The translations under genes and the position numbers were made by a program. Under the pieces are notes generated by a model that worked only from the letters and a program-made list of their open reading frames with translations, was not told where the DNA came from and ran no database searches. Positions 34,528 to 48,255 of a stretch of DNA of 64,000 bases are shown one piece after another. Each line of letters begins with the position of its first letter. Within the stretch, counting starts at the first letter, position 1. This stretch comes from Mobula hypostoma (Eukaryota): contig NC_086108.1 in assembly GCF_963921235.1 (NCBI RefSeq), forward strand, positions 112,656,001-112,720,000. The letters are read 5' to 3'.

Positions 34528-37500
34528 ATTGACTCCATTGTGTATTTTGTATTTAGACCACAAGACATTGGAGCAAATGAGGCCATTTGACCAACTGAGT
34601 CTGCTCCGCCATTTCATCATGGCTGATTTATTATCCCTTTCAGTCTTATTCTCCTGCCTTCTCCCCGACTAATCACAAACCTATCAAACTTCTCACCATC
34701 TCACTCTTTCAATATTTGATAAATTTCAATGAGATCCTCCCGTGTACTTTCAGGCTTTTCTATCTCCAGTTGGATGGGAAAGGAGAGAAGAGAGAGTGTC
34801 CAGGTCCTGTGGCACCTCATCCCTGATCACTCCCCTCTTCCTGAGGAGAACAGTTCGCTCTATAAACAGACTTTCTCCGAGTTATGCAAAGGTTCTGAGA
34901 CGTTCAGCATGTTCCCTTTTGACCCTCACCAATTTTTATTGATGCACTATAGCAAGTGTCTTATCAAGATGTATCACACCTTGGTAATTCCAACTGCTCT
35001 GCCTGTGACCACAAGAAACTGCAGAGCTGTGGACACAGCTCAGCACAGCATGGAGACTAACCTTCCTACTGTTGATGCTTCTCACTGCAACGATACCAAG
35101 ATTCAAAGTACATTATCAATGCATGTACGCGGTGTTCAGTACAACCCTGAGATTCGTCTTTCCACGAACAGCCACAAAACCAAGGAACAGCATGGAACCC
35201 AAAGAAAATATCACCCTAGGCAAAAAAAAATCGTGCAAACAGCAAAAAAATTGAGTGACTAACGCGCATAATATTAAACCTCAAATCACAAACCACAGAG
35301 TGCTTGAAACAGTCTCGGAATGTTCAGTTGTCCAGTTCAGTTCAGCATTGTGTCATTCATTGACTGCAGGCCGCAAAACCAGTCTGTGAAGTGCCCCAAT
35401 CAAAATCGTGCAAAATAGCAATAATTAAAAAAGGAGTAACCAGGAAGCACAAACACATATAACATGAACTGCAGAGTCCTCTAAAATGAGTCCAATCCAC
35501 AAACTATGCTGATCAAACCCTGCCCAAGACTAAAGATTTCTGCATCTTCCCCCGGCAGCAGCAAGCGAGACCAGTAATGGAGCCGTCATGGGTTTGTGCC
35601 CCACGTTAGGCTGCACGCTCTGTTCTCAACCACGCCGATTTCCCTCTGAGACAGCAAAAGCACCAGATCGCTCAGTCGGCCCAAAAACACATTATCAAAA
35701 TGTAAATTGTGGACTCCAATAACACATAGATTAATTGTGGAAGTATATTTAGAAATAGTAATAGTCTTGTGAACTGTCTGCAGGACGTTGCCGTTAGTCG
35801 CGTTGGTTATTGACGCCATCTTGTTTAAACAACCAGCATAATTGAAGACTCCACACACCTCAAACATTCTCTCTTCTCCCCTCTCCCATCACACAGAAGA
35901 TACAAAAGCCTGAAAGCACGTCCCACCAGGCTCAGGAACAGCTTCTACCCCGCTGTCATTGGACATCTGAATGGTTTCCTAACTTCAAAGTTCAAAGTAT
36001 GTATACATCGTACAACCTTGAGATTTGTCTCCTTACAGGCAGCCACCAAACAAGAAACCCAAAGGAACCCATTTTAAAAAAATCCAACACCCAATGGGCA
36101 GAGAGAGAGTTAAAATAAAACATGCAAACAATAAAACTAACCAAACAGCATGTCTTGGTATGACAAGATGGATTTGTGACCTCAGGTTTTATCTCATTGT
36201 GACCTTGCACTTTATTGCCTGCACTGCACTTTCTCTGGAGCTTTGACATGTTGTCCTGCACCCTGTTATTGTCTTAGCTTGATAGCTGATGTTTTCTATT
36301 ATTGCGATCTTTATCTCACTGTGTTTTTGTGCTGTACCGGAACTAGAGTAACAATTACTTCATTCTCCTATACTCTTGCGGACTGGAAATGGCATTAAAC
36401 AATCCTGAGTTGCGTTATTGCACTGAACTGATGGAATAATCCACGTGGATGGCATGCAAAATAAAGATTTTCACTGCGACAATAATAAACCACTTTGCCG
36501 TACAATCATTCCTACACACACTGCTGGACAAACTCAGCCAGTCAGACAGGTGGAATAAACAGTCGAAACATTCAGATTCTGAATCTGAGTCTGAACCCAT
36601 AGATGCTGCCTGTCCTGCTGAAGTCCTCTAGCATTTCCAGCATCAGCAGAATCTTCTGCTTATAAGAAGGAAGGAAGCTATTTGGCCCTTTGCCAGCCAT
36701 CCAGTCACTTATTTTCCCATAACCCTGTGTTTTTTTAACTACCAAAACCACAAGTGCATCAGCTTTCACCTTCTTACAGGTAGTGGGTTCCAGAACACAA
36801 TCAATCCTTGGATTAGAATCATGGCTTAATGATCATGAGGTCCTGATGAAGCATCTCGGCCTGAAACATTGCATTCCCCTCCACTGTGTTGCTCCAGATT
36901 TCCCGCATCTGCAGAATCTCGTGTCGACCTAAGTTTCGCAGTTTAGATTTGGACAGCATTTTGCATTTTCAGTGGGATCCCTCGCTACCTTCTAAGGTCC
37001 AAACAATCCTCTCCTCCCTTGGCAGTCCCCACCCAAGGAACAGCCCAGCTGAATACTCCCTCTCTGCTACTGCATACTCAGCATATTTCAGGTGTGGCCA
37101 TACCAGGTCCAGTAAACTAATAAACCACCCTTGCTGCTCCACTCAAAACCTCTGGAATTCTGGTCAAACACCACTTGCCTCCCTAATTTCCTGCACACCC
37201 ACCTGTTGGCTTTCAATGCTCGTAGTTCAATGATCAGTTGGGTCACACTGGTGCACAGTTTTAGTCACCACACTGCAGGAATAAGCTGAAGAGAAAGCAG
37301 AAAAAATTCATAGCACTGTTGCTGGCTTTGGAGAGCGCAGGTGAAGGGTCTCGGCCCAAAACGATGACCGTTTATTCCCCTCCATAGATGCTGAATGATC
37401 TGCCGATTTCCTCCTGCATTTTGTGTGTTGCGCTGGGGAGCTAGTGTTAAAAGTTCAAAGAAAGTTTATTGTCAGAGTACATATATGTCACCATATACAA

Positions 37501-40386
37501 CCCATTTTCTTACAGGCATTCACAGAAACACAATAGATTTGCTGAAAAACCACACACAAGATGGACAACCAACAAGCAACAGAAAACAAACTGTCCAGAT
37601 AAAAAGAAAAACAAAATAATAACAAAAAATAAATAATACATATCAAGAACATGAGATGAAGAGTCCTTGAAAGTGAGTCCATAGGTTGTGGAAACAGTTC
37701 AGTGTTGGGGAGAGTGAATTTGAGTGAAGTTAACCCTCTGCTTCAGCAGCCTGATGGTTGAGGGGTGATAACTGTTCCTGAACCTGGTGGTGTGGGTCCT
37801 CAATAACACTGGCATAGAGTAAAACAGCACACAAACAAGCCCTTCGTCCCATCTTATCAATGTATCAATGCCGACCAAGACTCCCATCCGTGCTAGACCT
37901 TTTTGCCAGTATTCAGCCCTCAAATTCTTTCCTATCTCTGTATCTGTCTGAGTACCTTTTAAATATTGTTAATGTACCTGCCTCAACTACTTCATCTGGC
38001 AGCTGGTTCAATATACACATCACTCTCTGAGTGAAGACACTTACCCCTTGGGTTGCCTTTAATAATCTTTCTCCTCTCATCTTAAACCTGTGCTCCGTAG
38101 TTTTAAAAATTAACTTAATTCTCCCATACATCTAACATACAGTGAAATGTGTTGTGTGGAATCAAATCATCAAGTAGTGGTGGGAGTGGGGGTGGGGGAG
38201 CCCGCAGAACCCATGTGGTCACAGGGAAGATGTTCACCAACTCCTGACAGGCAGTGCGGGAATCGAACCCTGATCTTACACCCAGTGCTGTACAGTGTTG
38301 TGCTAACCGCTACACCACCATGCTATCCAAACCCCACTACCCTGATGGAGAGAAAAAACTATCAATCCTATCTACAACCTTCACTGGGTCTGGTGATATT
38401 GATCCAGAGGCTCTTTGCAAGTCAAGAAAGGCACAGGACTGACTGCTTATGGCCTTTTTAAGTGTAACAAGGACAAAGAAAAAGAAGTTGTGGTTGTCTC
38501 ATACTCTGACTGGAGATAAAACACACACCACTGATAAGTTATAACCTCCCCACTATTGAGTACATCTACATGGAGCACTGTCACAGGACACCAGCATCCA
38601 TCATCAGGGACCCCCAGCATCCAGGCCACGCTCTCTTCTCACTGCTGCCATCAGGGAGGAGGTACAGGAGCCTCAGGTCCCACTCAACCAGGCTCAAAAA
38701 CAGTCATTACCACTCAACCATCAGGATCTTGAACCATATGGGATAACTTCACTCAGCTTCATTCACCCCATCAATGAACTTATTTATTCATTTACTTTTT
38801 GGTTTTGCACAATTTTTTGTCTTTTGCACATTGTCCGTTTGTCCATTTCTGTCACCTGTGGTTTTTCATTGATTCTCTTGTGTTTCCTTATATTTACTAT
38901 GAATGCCCACAAGAAAATAAAGCTCAGGGTTGTAACTGTTGGTGGACATTGTGGGCAGAATTTCAGATGTTGCTGAGAGGGCACACAGCAGTGAGATATA
39001 TCAGCTGGTTGAGTGGTGTCACTCAACATCAGTAAGACTGCTCAGGATTGAAGTAGGCTGCAGGAGATGTAAACTTAGCCAGCTCCATCATGGGCTCCAT
39101 AGTATCTTCAAGGAGTGATGCCTCTAAAAGGCAGCATCCCTCACTAAGACCCTCATCACCCAGGTCATGCCTCGTTTTTGTTGCTTCCATCAGGAAGGAG
39201 GTCCAGAAGACTGAACAATTCAGGAACAGCTTCTTCCCCTCTGCCATCTGATCTTTGAATGGGCATTGAACCCGTGAACACCACCTCACACACACAGTGC
39301 TATTCAGTTATTTTTCTCTATGTTGAGTACATTGTAGTGTTGCAACAAAGTCAAATTCCACAACATATGTCGGTGATATTAAACTGGATTCTAATTCTAA
39401 ATGGTGACATATACAGTATGTACTTTGATAATAAATTTACTCTGAACTTTGAACCTCTAAGACCCTTTCTATATTGATGCTTCCCGATCTGCCAATATTT
39501 AAATTATACCTTGCCTTTCATTTTTTGCTAAGTGGTGCCTTCGCGTTAATCTCTGTTATACTGCATCTATCCTGTATTTTCCCCAGTCACCTCTGCGTGT
39601 CCTTCCCACAACTCAGAATTTTGCCCAGCTTGGCAAACTTAGAACTGTTATATCCAAATCCTTGAAGTGATCAGATGAGACACAAACACTGACCCCCCCC
39701 CGCAGTATCCTGCTCATCACTGCCTGTCACCGCAAAGAAAGACCATTTCATCCCTTTTCCTACTTCGTGCCTGCCAACCAATGGTGTCCTGGATGGTAGC
39801 AACTTCTGACCAACCCCACTGGCCACGAAAAACACATTTAAAAGTTTAGTAATTCTCTCTTTACCTCCATTAAAAAAGCAGGAACTTTCCCCCTTACTGA
39901 ATGTGCTAGCCCGTTAGGACAATGGATTCTTGATTTGTTTATTCAGAGATCAGCATGGAGCGGGACCTTCTGGCCCAACATGCTACACTGCCCAGTGACC
40001 CACCTACTTAACCCTCGCCTCATCACAGAACAATTTACAATGACCAATCATCCCACTAACTTGCAAGTCTTTGGACTGTGGGAAGAAACTGGGGTACCTG
40101 GAGGAAGCTCACACAGTCACAAAAAAGAGTCTACAAACTCCTTACGGACTGCGCTGAAATTGAACTCTGAACTCTGACACCCAGAGTTCAGAGTAGTAGC
40201 ATCGTGCTAATCATTATGCCACAGTGGCGTCCCCAAAGAACAAATGTAAATGGGCTTATTATTGAGTTATAGAACAGAAAGTGATGGGGGAGAGAGATCT
40301 GTCCATTTGTACTGAGTTCCAGTGAGTTCCAGTGCAGAAAGCAGTGGTGGGGGTGGGGGGGGGGGGTTGAAATCCATCCATTTGTA

Positions 40387-42870
40387 GTGACTTCAATCTA
40401 CATGTAGACTGGGTGAACCAAATTGGTAAAGGTGCTGAGGAAGAGGATTTCTTGGAATGTATGCGGGATGGTTTTTTGAACCAACATGTCGAGGAACCAA
40501 CTAGAGAGCAGGCTATTCTGGACTGGGTTTTGAGCAATGAGGAAGGGTTAATTAGCGATCTTGTCATGAGAGGCCCCTTGGGTAAGAGTGACCATAATAT
40601 GGTGGAATTCTTCATTAACATGGAGAGTGACATAGTTAATTCAGAAACAAAGGTTCTGAACTTAAAGAGGGGTAACTTTGAAGGTATGAGACGTGAATTA
40701 GCTAAGATAGACTGGCAAATGACACTTAAAGGATTGACGATGGATATGCAATGGCAAGCATTTAAAGGTTGCATGGATGAACTACAACAATTGTTCATCC
40801 CAGTTTGGCAAAAGAATAAATCAAGGAAGGTAGTGCACCCGTGGCTGACAAGAGAAATTAGGGATAGTATCAATTCCAAAGAAGTAGCATACAAATTAGC
40901 CAGAGAAAGTGGCTCACCTGAGGACTGGGAGAAATTCAGAGTTCAGCAGAGGAGGACAAAGGGCTTAATTAGGAAGGGGAAAAAAGATTATGAGAGAAAA
41001 CTGGCAGAGAACATAAAAACGGACTGTAAAAGCTTTTATAGATATGTAAAAAGGAAAAGACTGATAAAGACAAATGTAGGTCCCCTGCAGACAGAAACAG
41101 GTGAATTGATTATGGGGAGCAAGGACATGGCAGACCAATTGAATAATTACTTTGGTTCTGTCTTCACTAAGGAGGACATAAATAATCTTCCAGAAATAGT
41201 AAGGGACAGAGGGTCCAGTGAGCTGGAGGAACTGAGTGAAATACATGTTAGTAGGGAAGTGGTGTTAGGTAAATTGAAGGGATTGAAGGCAGATAAATCC
41301 CCAGGGCCAGATGGTCTGCATCCTAGAGTGCTTAAGGAGGTAGCCCAAGAAATAGTGGATGCATTAGTAATAATTTTTCAAAACTCGTTAGATTCTGGAC
41401 TAGTTCCTGAGGATTGGAGGATGGCTAATGTAACCCCACTTTTTAAAAAAGGAGGGAGAGAGAAACCGGGGAATTATAGGCCGGTTAGCCTAACGTCGGT
41501 GGTGGGGAAACTGCTGGAGTCAGTTATCAAGGATGTGATAACAGCACATTTGGAAAGCGGTGAAATGATCGGACAAAGTCAGCATGGATTTGTGAAAGGA
41601 AAATCATGTCTGACGAATCTCATAGAATTTTTTGAGGGTGTAACTAGTAGAGTGGATAGGGGAGAACCAGTGGATGTGGTATATTTGGATTTTCAAAAGG
41701 CTTTTGACAAGGTCCCACACAGGAGATTAGTGTGCAAACTTAAAGCACACGGTATTGGGGGTAAGGTATTGGTGTGGGTGGAGAATTGGTTAGCAGACAG
41801 GAAGCAAAGAGTGGGAATAAACGGGACCTTTTCAGAATGGCAGGCGGTGACTAGTGGGGTACAGCAAGGCTCAGTGCTGGGACCCCAGTTGTTTACAATA
41901 TATATTAATGACTTGGATGAGGGAATTAAATGCAGCATCTCCAAGTTTGCGGATGACACGAAGCTGGGTGGCAGTGTTAGCAGTGAGGAGGATGCTAAGA
42001 GGATGCAGGGTGACTTGGATAGGTTGGGTGAGTGGGCAAACTCATGGCAGATGCAATTTAATGTGGATAAATGTGAAGTTATCCACTTTGGTGGCAAAAA
42101 TAGGAAAACAGATTATTATCTGAATGGTGGCCAATTAGGAAAAGGGGAGGTGCAACGAGACCTGGGTGTCATTATACACCAGTCATTGAAAGTGGGCATG
42201 CAGGTACAGCAGGCGGTGAAAAAGGCGAACGGTATGCTGGCATTTATAGCGAGAGGATTCGAGTACATGAGCAGGGAGGTACTACTGCAGTTGTACAAGG
42301 CCTTGGTGAGACCACACCTGGAGTATTGTGTGCAGTTTTGGTCCCCTAATCTGAGGAAAGACATCTTTGCCATAGAGGGAGTACAAAGAAGGTTCACCAG
42401 ATTGATTCCTGGGATGGCAGGTCTTTCATATGAAGAAAGACTGGATGAACTGGACTTGTACTCGTTGGAATTTAGAAGATTGAGGGGGGATCTGATTGAA
42501 ACGTATAAGATCCTAAAGGGATTGGACAGGCTAGATGCGGGAAGATTGTTCCCGATGTTGGGGAGGTCCAGAACGAGGGGTCACAGTTTGAGGATAGAGG
42601 GGAAGCCTTTTAGGACCGAGATTAGGAAAAACTTCTTCACACAGAGAGTGGTGAATCTGTGGAATTCTCTGCCACAGCAAACTGTTGAGGCCAGTTCATT
42701 GGCTATGTTTAAGAGGGAGTTAGATATGGCCCTTGTGGCTACAGGGGTCAGGGGGTATGGAGGGAAGGCTGGGTTCTGAGTTGGATGATCAGCCATGATC
42801 ATAATAAATGGCGGTGCAGGCTCGAAGGGCCGAATGGCCTACTCCTGCACCTATTTTCTATGTTTCTATG
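40387..42870 (+). mobile_element. Young CR1 LINE, 5'-truncated within the endonuclease domain
   Basis: Starts at the (G)DFN motif; 3' tail ctattttctatgtttctatg. Confidence 0.95.
40389..42779 (+). CDS. CR1 ORF2 (partial APE endonuclease + reverse transcriptase), open frame
   Basis: Uninterrupted ~790 aa: SDH, KSPGPDG, NYRPVSLTS, QHGF, YLDFQKAFDKVPH, QGSVLGP, FADD. Confidence 0.95.
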   Translation, partial: DFNLHVDWVNQIGKGAEEEDFLECMRDGFLNQHVEEPTREQAILDWVLSNEEGLISDLVMRGPLGKSDHNMVEFFINMESDIVNSETKVLNLKRGNFEGMRRELAKIDWQMTLKGLTMDMQWQAFKGCMDELQQLFIPVWQKNKSRKVVHPWLTREIRDSINSKEVAYKLARESGSPEDWEKFRVQQRRTKGLIRKGKKDYERKLAENIKTDCKSFYRYVKRKRLIKTNVGPLQTETGELIMGSKDMADQLNNYFGSVFTKEDINNLPEIVRDRGSSELEELSEIHVSREVVLGKLKGLKADKSPGPDGLHPRVLKEVAQEIVDALVIIFQNSLDSGLVPEDWRMANVTPLFKKGGREKPGNYRPVSLTSVVGKLLESVIKDVITAHLESGEMIGQSQHGFVKGKSCLTNLIEFFEGVTSRVDRGEPVDVVYLDFQKAFDKVPHRRLVCKLKAHGIGGKVLVWVENWLADRKQRVGINGTFSEWQAVTSGVQQGSVLGPQLFTIYINDLDEGIKCSISKFADDTKLGGSVSSEEDAKRMQGDLDRLGEWANSWQMQFNVDKCEVIHFGGKNRKTDYYLNGGQLGKGEVQRDLGVIIHQSLKVGMQVQQAVKKANGMLAFIARGFEYMSREVLLQLYKALVRPHLEYCVQFWSPNLRKDIFAIEGVQRRFTRLIPGMAGLSYEERLDELDLYSLEFRRLRGDLIETYKILKGLDRLDAGRLFPMLGRSRTRGHSLRIEGKPFRTEIRKNFFTQRVVNLWNSLPQQTVEASSLAMFKRELDMALVATGVRGYGGKAGF

Positions 42871-42876
42871 AGTTCC

Positions 42877-43170
42877 GTGGCGCGTGGCCAAGTGGTTAGG
42901 GTGTGGGGCTCATGATCTGAAGGTCATGGGTTCGAGTCTCGGCCAAGGCAGTGTGTCGTGTCTTTGAGCAAGGCACTTCACCACACACTGCTCCAGTCCA
43001 CCCAGCTGAAAATGGGTACCGGCAAATGCTGGGGGTGAACCTCGCGATAGACTGGCAGTCTACTGGCATCCGAGGGGCAGTCTCGTACTCTGTCGCTTCA
43101 CGCCACAGAAACCGGCATAAGCACTGGCTTGATGGGCCACAAGGCTCGGGACAGACTTTAACTTTTAACT
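42877..43170 (+). mobile_element. tRNA-derived SINE, CORE-like
   Basis: A-box tggccaagtgg, B-box gttcgagtc, ttgagcaaggcactt, (tttaac)n tail. Confidence 0.75.
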
Positions 43171-43729
43171 AACAGTGAGTTCCAGTGAGACAGTGCAGAA
43201 AGCAATTGGTGGGGGGGCGGGGGGGCGAGAGAGATCTGTCTATTTGTACTGAGTTACAGTGCAGAAAGCGAAGGGGGAGAAAGATCCATCCATTTACTTT
43301 AAGTTGAAATTGCAGAGCTGTTCTGTTCCAATCTGAAACCCCATCTCCAGGACGTAAGCCCATGTCTCCAAGTGTTCAGCCAGACATTCTCCAGCCACCG
43401 TATCCACAGGTACTTTCATTACATCTCCCCCCACCCCCCAGGAGGGAAAACGGTCACAGTTGAATACTTTTTCTGATGTGGAACACTGGGAGAATATACA
43501 TCTGTAATTTATTACAACTTCGGAATGGGAGAAGTGTAACCGTCTGAGCACCAAAACACGCAGGCACAGTCAGGAAACCAACCAGACTCTTGATTTCCAA
43601 GCCTTGTACGAGGCCAAGAACATTCTTCCGATGAATATTTAAACAAATTACTAGGGTTTGGTCAAGCTCCCCGTGATATGTATTAACTGAAAATACATTG
43701 ATCAGCAGGGAAATATTGGAAACATTTCT

Positions 43730-44047
43730 AGGAACACAAGAGATTCTGCAGATGTTGGAAATCCAGAGCCACGCTCACACAAAATGCTGGAGGAGCTCAG
43801 CAGGTCAGGCAGCTCGATGGAAATGAACGACCAGTCAACGCTTCAGGCAGAGACCGTTCACCAGGACTGCAAAGGAAGGGGGAAGATGCCAGAATAAGAA
43901 GGTGGGGGGGAGGGGACAGAGTATAAACTTGAAGGTTATAAATGAATCAGGCAGGGGAGGGGGAAATGAAGTAAGAAGCTGGGAGGTGATAGGTGGAAAA
44001 GGTAAAGAAGCTGGAGATATCGATGTTCATGCCATCAGGTTGGAGGC
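43730..44047 (-). mobile_element. Older PLE 3' fragment with decayed hammerhead (43833-43868)
   Basis: Reverse complement of the PLE tail and gatggcatgaacatcgat ORF end. Confidence 0.7.
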
Positions 44048-44754
44048 ATTTTTAGGAATCTTGATCTCAACACAAATGGAATTAATCCATGCCAATCACG
44101 CAAGAACAATGCACATTTCTTCCCTCTGAGGCAGAGGCCATTTGGCCCACTGCATCTGTACTAGTCAACAATGGTTTCCACGACTTGCCAGGCCTAAGTT
44201 CAAGGACATTCACGCATACGAGAATGGTTCATGAACATCATAGTACGGCAAGTGCCCTGCCCGTGACGGCAAGAAACTGCAAGGAGTCGTGGGCACAGCT
44301 CAGGAACCAGCCTCTCCTTCATGGACTCTGTTTACACTACTGAAAGTTCAAAGTAAATTCATTATCAAAGAACATACTCACCAGGTAACAGCCCTAAGAT
44401 TCATTGCCTTGCTGGCATATTCAATAAATCTATAATAGAATAAGATAACCATAATAGAATCAACAAAAGATCACACCAACCAGTGTGTAAAAGACAACTA
44501 ACTAGGCAAATCAAAAATAAATAATAATAATAATAATAAAAAATAAAAAATAAGCAACAAATATCAGGAACATGAGATGATGAGTCTTTGCAATCGAGCC
44601 CACAGGTTATGGGAACATTTCAATGATGAGGCAGGTGAAGTTGAGTGATGTTATCCTCTTTTTCTCAAAAGCCTGATGGTTGAGGAGCAATAACTATTCC
44701 TGAACCTGGTGGTGTGGGTCCTGAAGCTCCTGTAACCTTGGTTAAGTCACAGAT

Positions 44755-45645
44755 CATAGAACATTCAAGCACAGTACAGGCCCTTCAGTCCATAATGGTG
44801 TGCTGAGGTTTTAACCAACTCGAAGATCAATCTAACCATTTCCCCCACACACCCCTCCATTTCTCTACCACCCATGTACATGTCTAAGAGTCTTCTGATT
44901 GTCGTAATGCATCTGCCTCCAACACCCCCAATAGTACATTCCACACACCCACCACTCTGTGCAAAGGTTGTACCTCTGATATCGCCCCTATACTTTACTC
45001 CAATCACCTTCAAATGCCATGTCACATTAGCCATTTCCACTCTGGGAAAAAGGAGCTGGCTGTCCATTCTATCAACGATTAAAAGTTAAATTGCATTAAC
45101 ATTTATAACAAATAGCAATTGAGTTGCACAAATGTAATCTATTACATACCAGGGTCAAGATTTGTTTCCCAGTACTAAGCTAGAGAGTAGAACATTATAG
45201 TCCAGCACAGGTTCTTTAGCCCCGATGTTGTATCGAGATTTTAGCCTACTCCAAGGTCAATTTAACCCTTCCGTCCTACATAACCCTCAATCTGTCTATA
45301 ATCCACATGGCTATCCAAGAGCCTCTTAAATGTCCCTAATTTATCTGCCCCAACCACCACTCCTGGCAAGGTGTTCCACACACTTAGTGTTCTCTGTGTA
45401 AAAAAAAAACTTACCTCTGACATCCCTCTTATACTTTCCTCTAATCACCTTTACATTATGCCCAGTTATATTGGAAAAAGGGCTGACTGTCCATTTGATC
45501 TATACCTCTTATCATCTTGTACACCTCTATCAAGTCACCTCCCATCCTTCTTCAGACAAAAAGCAAAGCTCTAACTCACTTAATCTATCCTCACAAGACA
45601 TGTTCTCGAATTCAGGCAGCATCCTGCTCAATCTCCTCCGCATCC
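44755..45645 (-). mobile_element. Two adjacent decayed CR1 3' fragments
   Basis: 44755-45075 and 45190-45645 resemble the tail of 30320-30800. Confidence 0.65.
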
Positions 45646-46129
45646 ATAGCTCACTAGGCCAGAAAGGCCTCTTCCACGTTGCATCTCTAAATAAAATGAA
45701 AATTAATAAATAAAGCTGTCCTAGGATGGATGGGCTGAAAGGCCTTGCTCTGTCTGATGAGTTCATGATTCAGCAGTTGAGCGGGTAAAGGACGTGCCAT
45801 ATTGTCAAGAGGTGCATCTGTATTTCAGCAGGGTCGGAACCGAGGCAGGACTGTGTCAGAATCAATGAATCTATTCAGTCTGCGCTTTTCTGCAGAGTCA
45901 CCACACATCAAGAGGGCTCTTTGTGCTGTTACTCCTGTGGACCATGGAGAGCATTCTAACTGGTTGCTTCACTGTCTTGAATGGAGGGATGGGAAAAAGC
46001 TGCAGATAGTTGTAAACTCAGCCAGCTCCACCATGGACACCAGACTCCCCAGCATCCAGGACATCTTCAAAAGGCCATGCCTCAAGGAGCAGAATCCATC
46101 ATGAAGCACTCCCATCACCCAGGACATGC

Positions 46130-46245
46130 CCTCTTCTCATCACTAACATCACCTCCTCTCATCATTACCATCACCTCTTCTCATCTCTACTATCACCATC
46201 ACCTCTTCTCATCACTACCATCACCTCCTCTCATCACTACCATCA
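46130..46245. repeat. 22-bp tandem repeat (~5 units) grown inside a Rex1/Babar tail
   Basis: (cctcttctcatcactaccatca)n. Confidence 0.8.
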
Positions 46246-46487
46246 GGGAGGAGGTACAGGAGCCTGAAGACACACTCTTTTTGTTTCAGGAACAGCTCCT
46301 TCCCCTCCACCATCAGATTTCTGAATGGACAAAGAACTCATGAACACTACTTCACTATTTTTTTCTGCCTTTTTGCACAATATGCTTAATTTTTGTATAC
46401 ATTTCTTATTGTAATCTGTATTTTGTGATTATGTATTGTGCTGTACGACTGCCACAGAGTGGAGTTCATGTTATATTCCAGCGATAT

Positions 46488-46790
46488 TTTTTCCTAAAAA
46501 TATACTTTATTCAGAAATATTACAAAATAAAATTATTTACAAAAACTATTCGTTGACTAGCTGTTTACAATAAACTATTCGCTGGCTCTCAGTCCTTATT
46601 CAAAATAAAGATGTTTACAATAAACTGTTCATTGACTCTCAAACCTTAGTCAAGAATAAAACCTATTTACAATAAAAACCAGACGTTGACTCTCATCCCT
46701 TTGCCGAAGATTTTTTTTTAAACAGTCTATACCTTTCCACATTTCCAGCCACTGCTGTGGCACTATGTTGATTCTCGCGGCTGACTGACC
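46488..46790 (-). mobile_element. Tx1/L1-like LINE 3' end with ~50-bp repeats in the 3' UTR
   Basis: Minus strand reads ..VPQQWLEMWKGIDCL.., then four AT-rich repeats, ending gaataaagtatattttt..aaaaaa. Confidence 0.55.
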
Positions 46791-46875
46791 GGTTTACAAT
46801 TACTCTGTTCACCGGAGCTGGGACGGGGAAGGTTGGCTGTTACATCAGATGCTCACAGCCATGGTTTGCAACAAG

Positions 46876-46900
46876 ATTGCCATGGCAACCCATATATAAA
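46876..46900 (+). promoter_or_regulatory. RFX X-box-like palindrome followed by TATA-like motif
   Basis: attgccatggcaac (13/14 match to GTTGCCATGGCAAC) then tatataaa. Confidence 0.4.
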
Positions 46901-47629
46901 ATTCCTTTACCTTAAACTGACTTGTACATTAAGTAGACTAGAGACATCTCACCTTTTCAAAGTTCAAACATTTATTATCAAAGTACATATATGCCACATA
47001 TACAACCCTGACATTCATCTACTTGAGGGCATTCTCAATAACTACACAAAACACAATAGAATCATTGAGAGGCTGTGCCCAACAGGACAGACAAACAACC
47101 AGTGTGCAAATACAAACTACAAAGAAATGAACAAAATCATAATAATAAATAGATAAGCAACAAATATTAGAAGATGGGATGAAGAGTCCTTGAAACTGAT
47201 ACTAGTATTGAGATGAGGAGTGAAGTTATCCCCTCTGGTTCAAGAGCCTGATGGTTGAGGGGTAATAACTGTTCCTGAACCTGGTGGTATCAGTCCTGAA
47301 GCTCCTGGACCTCATCCCTGATGGCAGCAGCGAGAAGAGAGTTTCTCTCCTAGACCCTGTTCCTCAGCACCACCCCAGCCCACATGCTAATTTTCATGTC
47401 TTTTTACTGCTGCAAGGAACATATTTCACAACATTTGTCAGCGATGATAAACCTGATTCTGTCACTGTACAACAACGGCTTGCAGTGGAGGTAGTTTGTG
47501 AAATGCCCCGCTTCTCCAGTCTTCCAGGGATTACAATGACCATGTCTCAGTTTTTCCACACCCTTCCCCCACCAGTGTGACACGTCTCTTCTTGTACAGT
47601 ATTCTACACCGACATGCAGATACTATACT

Positions 47630-48255
47630 TCGCTCAGCACCGTTGCTCCGTCTGCCACAATGGGCAGAACCTATTGTTATTCCCCATTCGGACATGTCGG
47701 TCCACGGGCTCCTTTACTGCCACAATGAGGCCATCCTCAGGTCGGAGGAGCAGCACTTCATATTCCGTCTGGGTAGCTTCCAAACTGATGGCTTGAACAT
47801 GGAGTTCTCCAACTTCTGGTAATCTTTCCCCCTCTCTCTTTTACCATTCCCCATTCTGGCTCCCCTGTCACCACATCCCTTCTCAACTGTACATCACCTC
47901 CCCCTGGTGCCCCTCCTCCTTCCATGGTCCATGCTCCTCTCCTATCAGATTCCTCCTTCGTCAGCCCTTTACCTTTTCCAAGGATCATCTCCCAACTTCT
48001 CACTTCACTCCTCCCCACCCTCTAATTGTCCCCCTCTCCTGCTCTCACCCCTCTCCTGCCAGCTTGTACTACGTCCCCTCCGTCCACTTTCTTATTCTGG
48101 CATCTTCGCCCTTCCTTCCCTGTCCTGGTGAAGGGTCTTGGCGTGAAACATTGACTGTTTACTCTTTTCCATCAATGCTGCCTGACCTGCTCAGTTCCTC
48201 CAGCATTTTGTGTTGCTCTGGATTTCCAGCATCTGCAGAATCTCTGGGGTTTATA
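47630..48255 (+). mobile_element. Older PLE 3' fragment with decayed hammerhead (48121-48156)
   Basis: HSDMSVHGLLYCHNEAILRSEEQHFIFRLGSFQTDGLNMEFSNF is homologous to the PLE C-terminus. Confidence 0.85.

Larger units (their letters stand above)
40272..43295. repeat. Degenerate ~45-60 bp minisatellite interrupted by CR1 and a SINE
   Basis: Unit cagtgcagaaagc..gggg..agagatctgtccatttgtactgagttc at 40272-40386 and again at 43172-43295. Confidence 0.6.
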
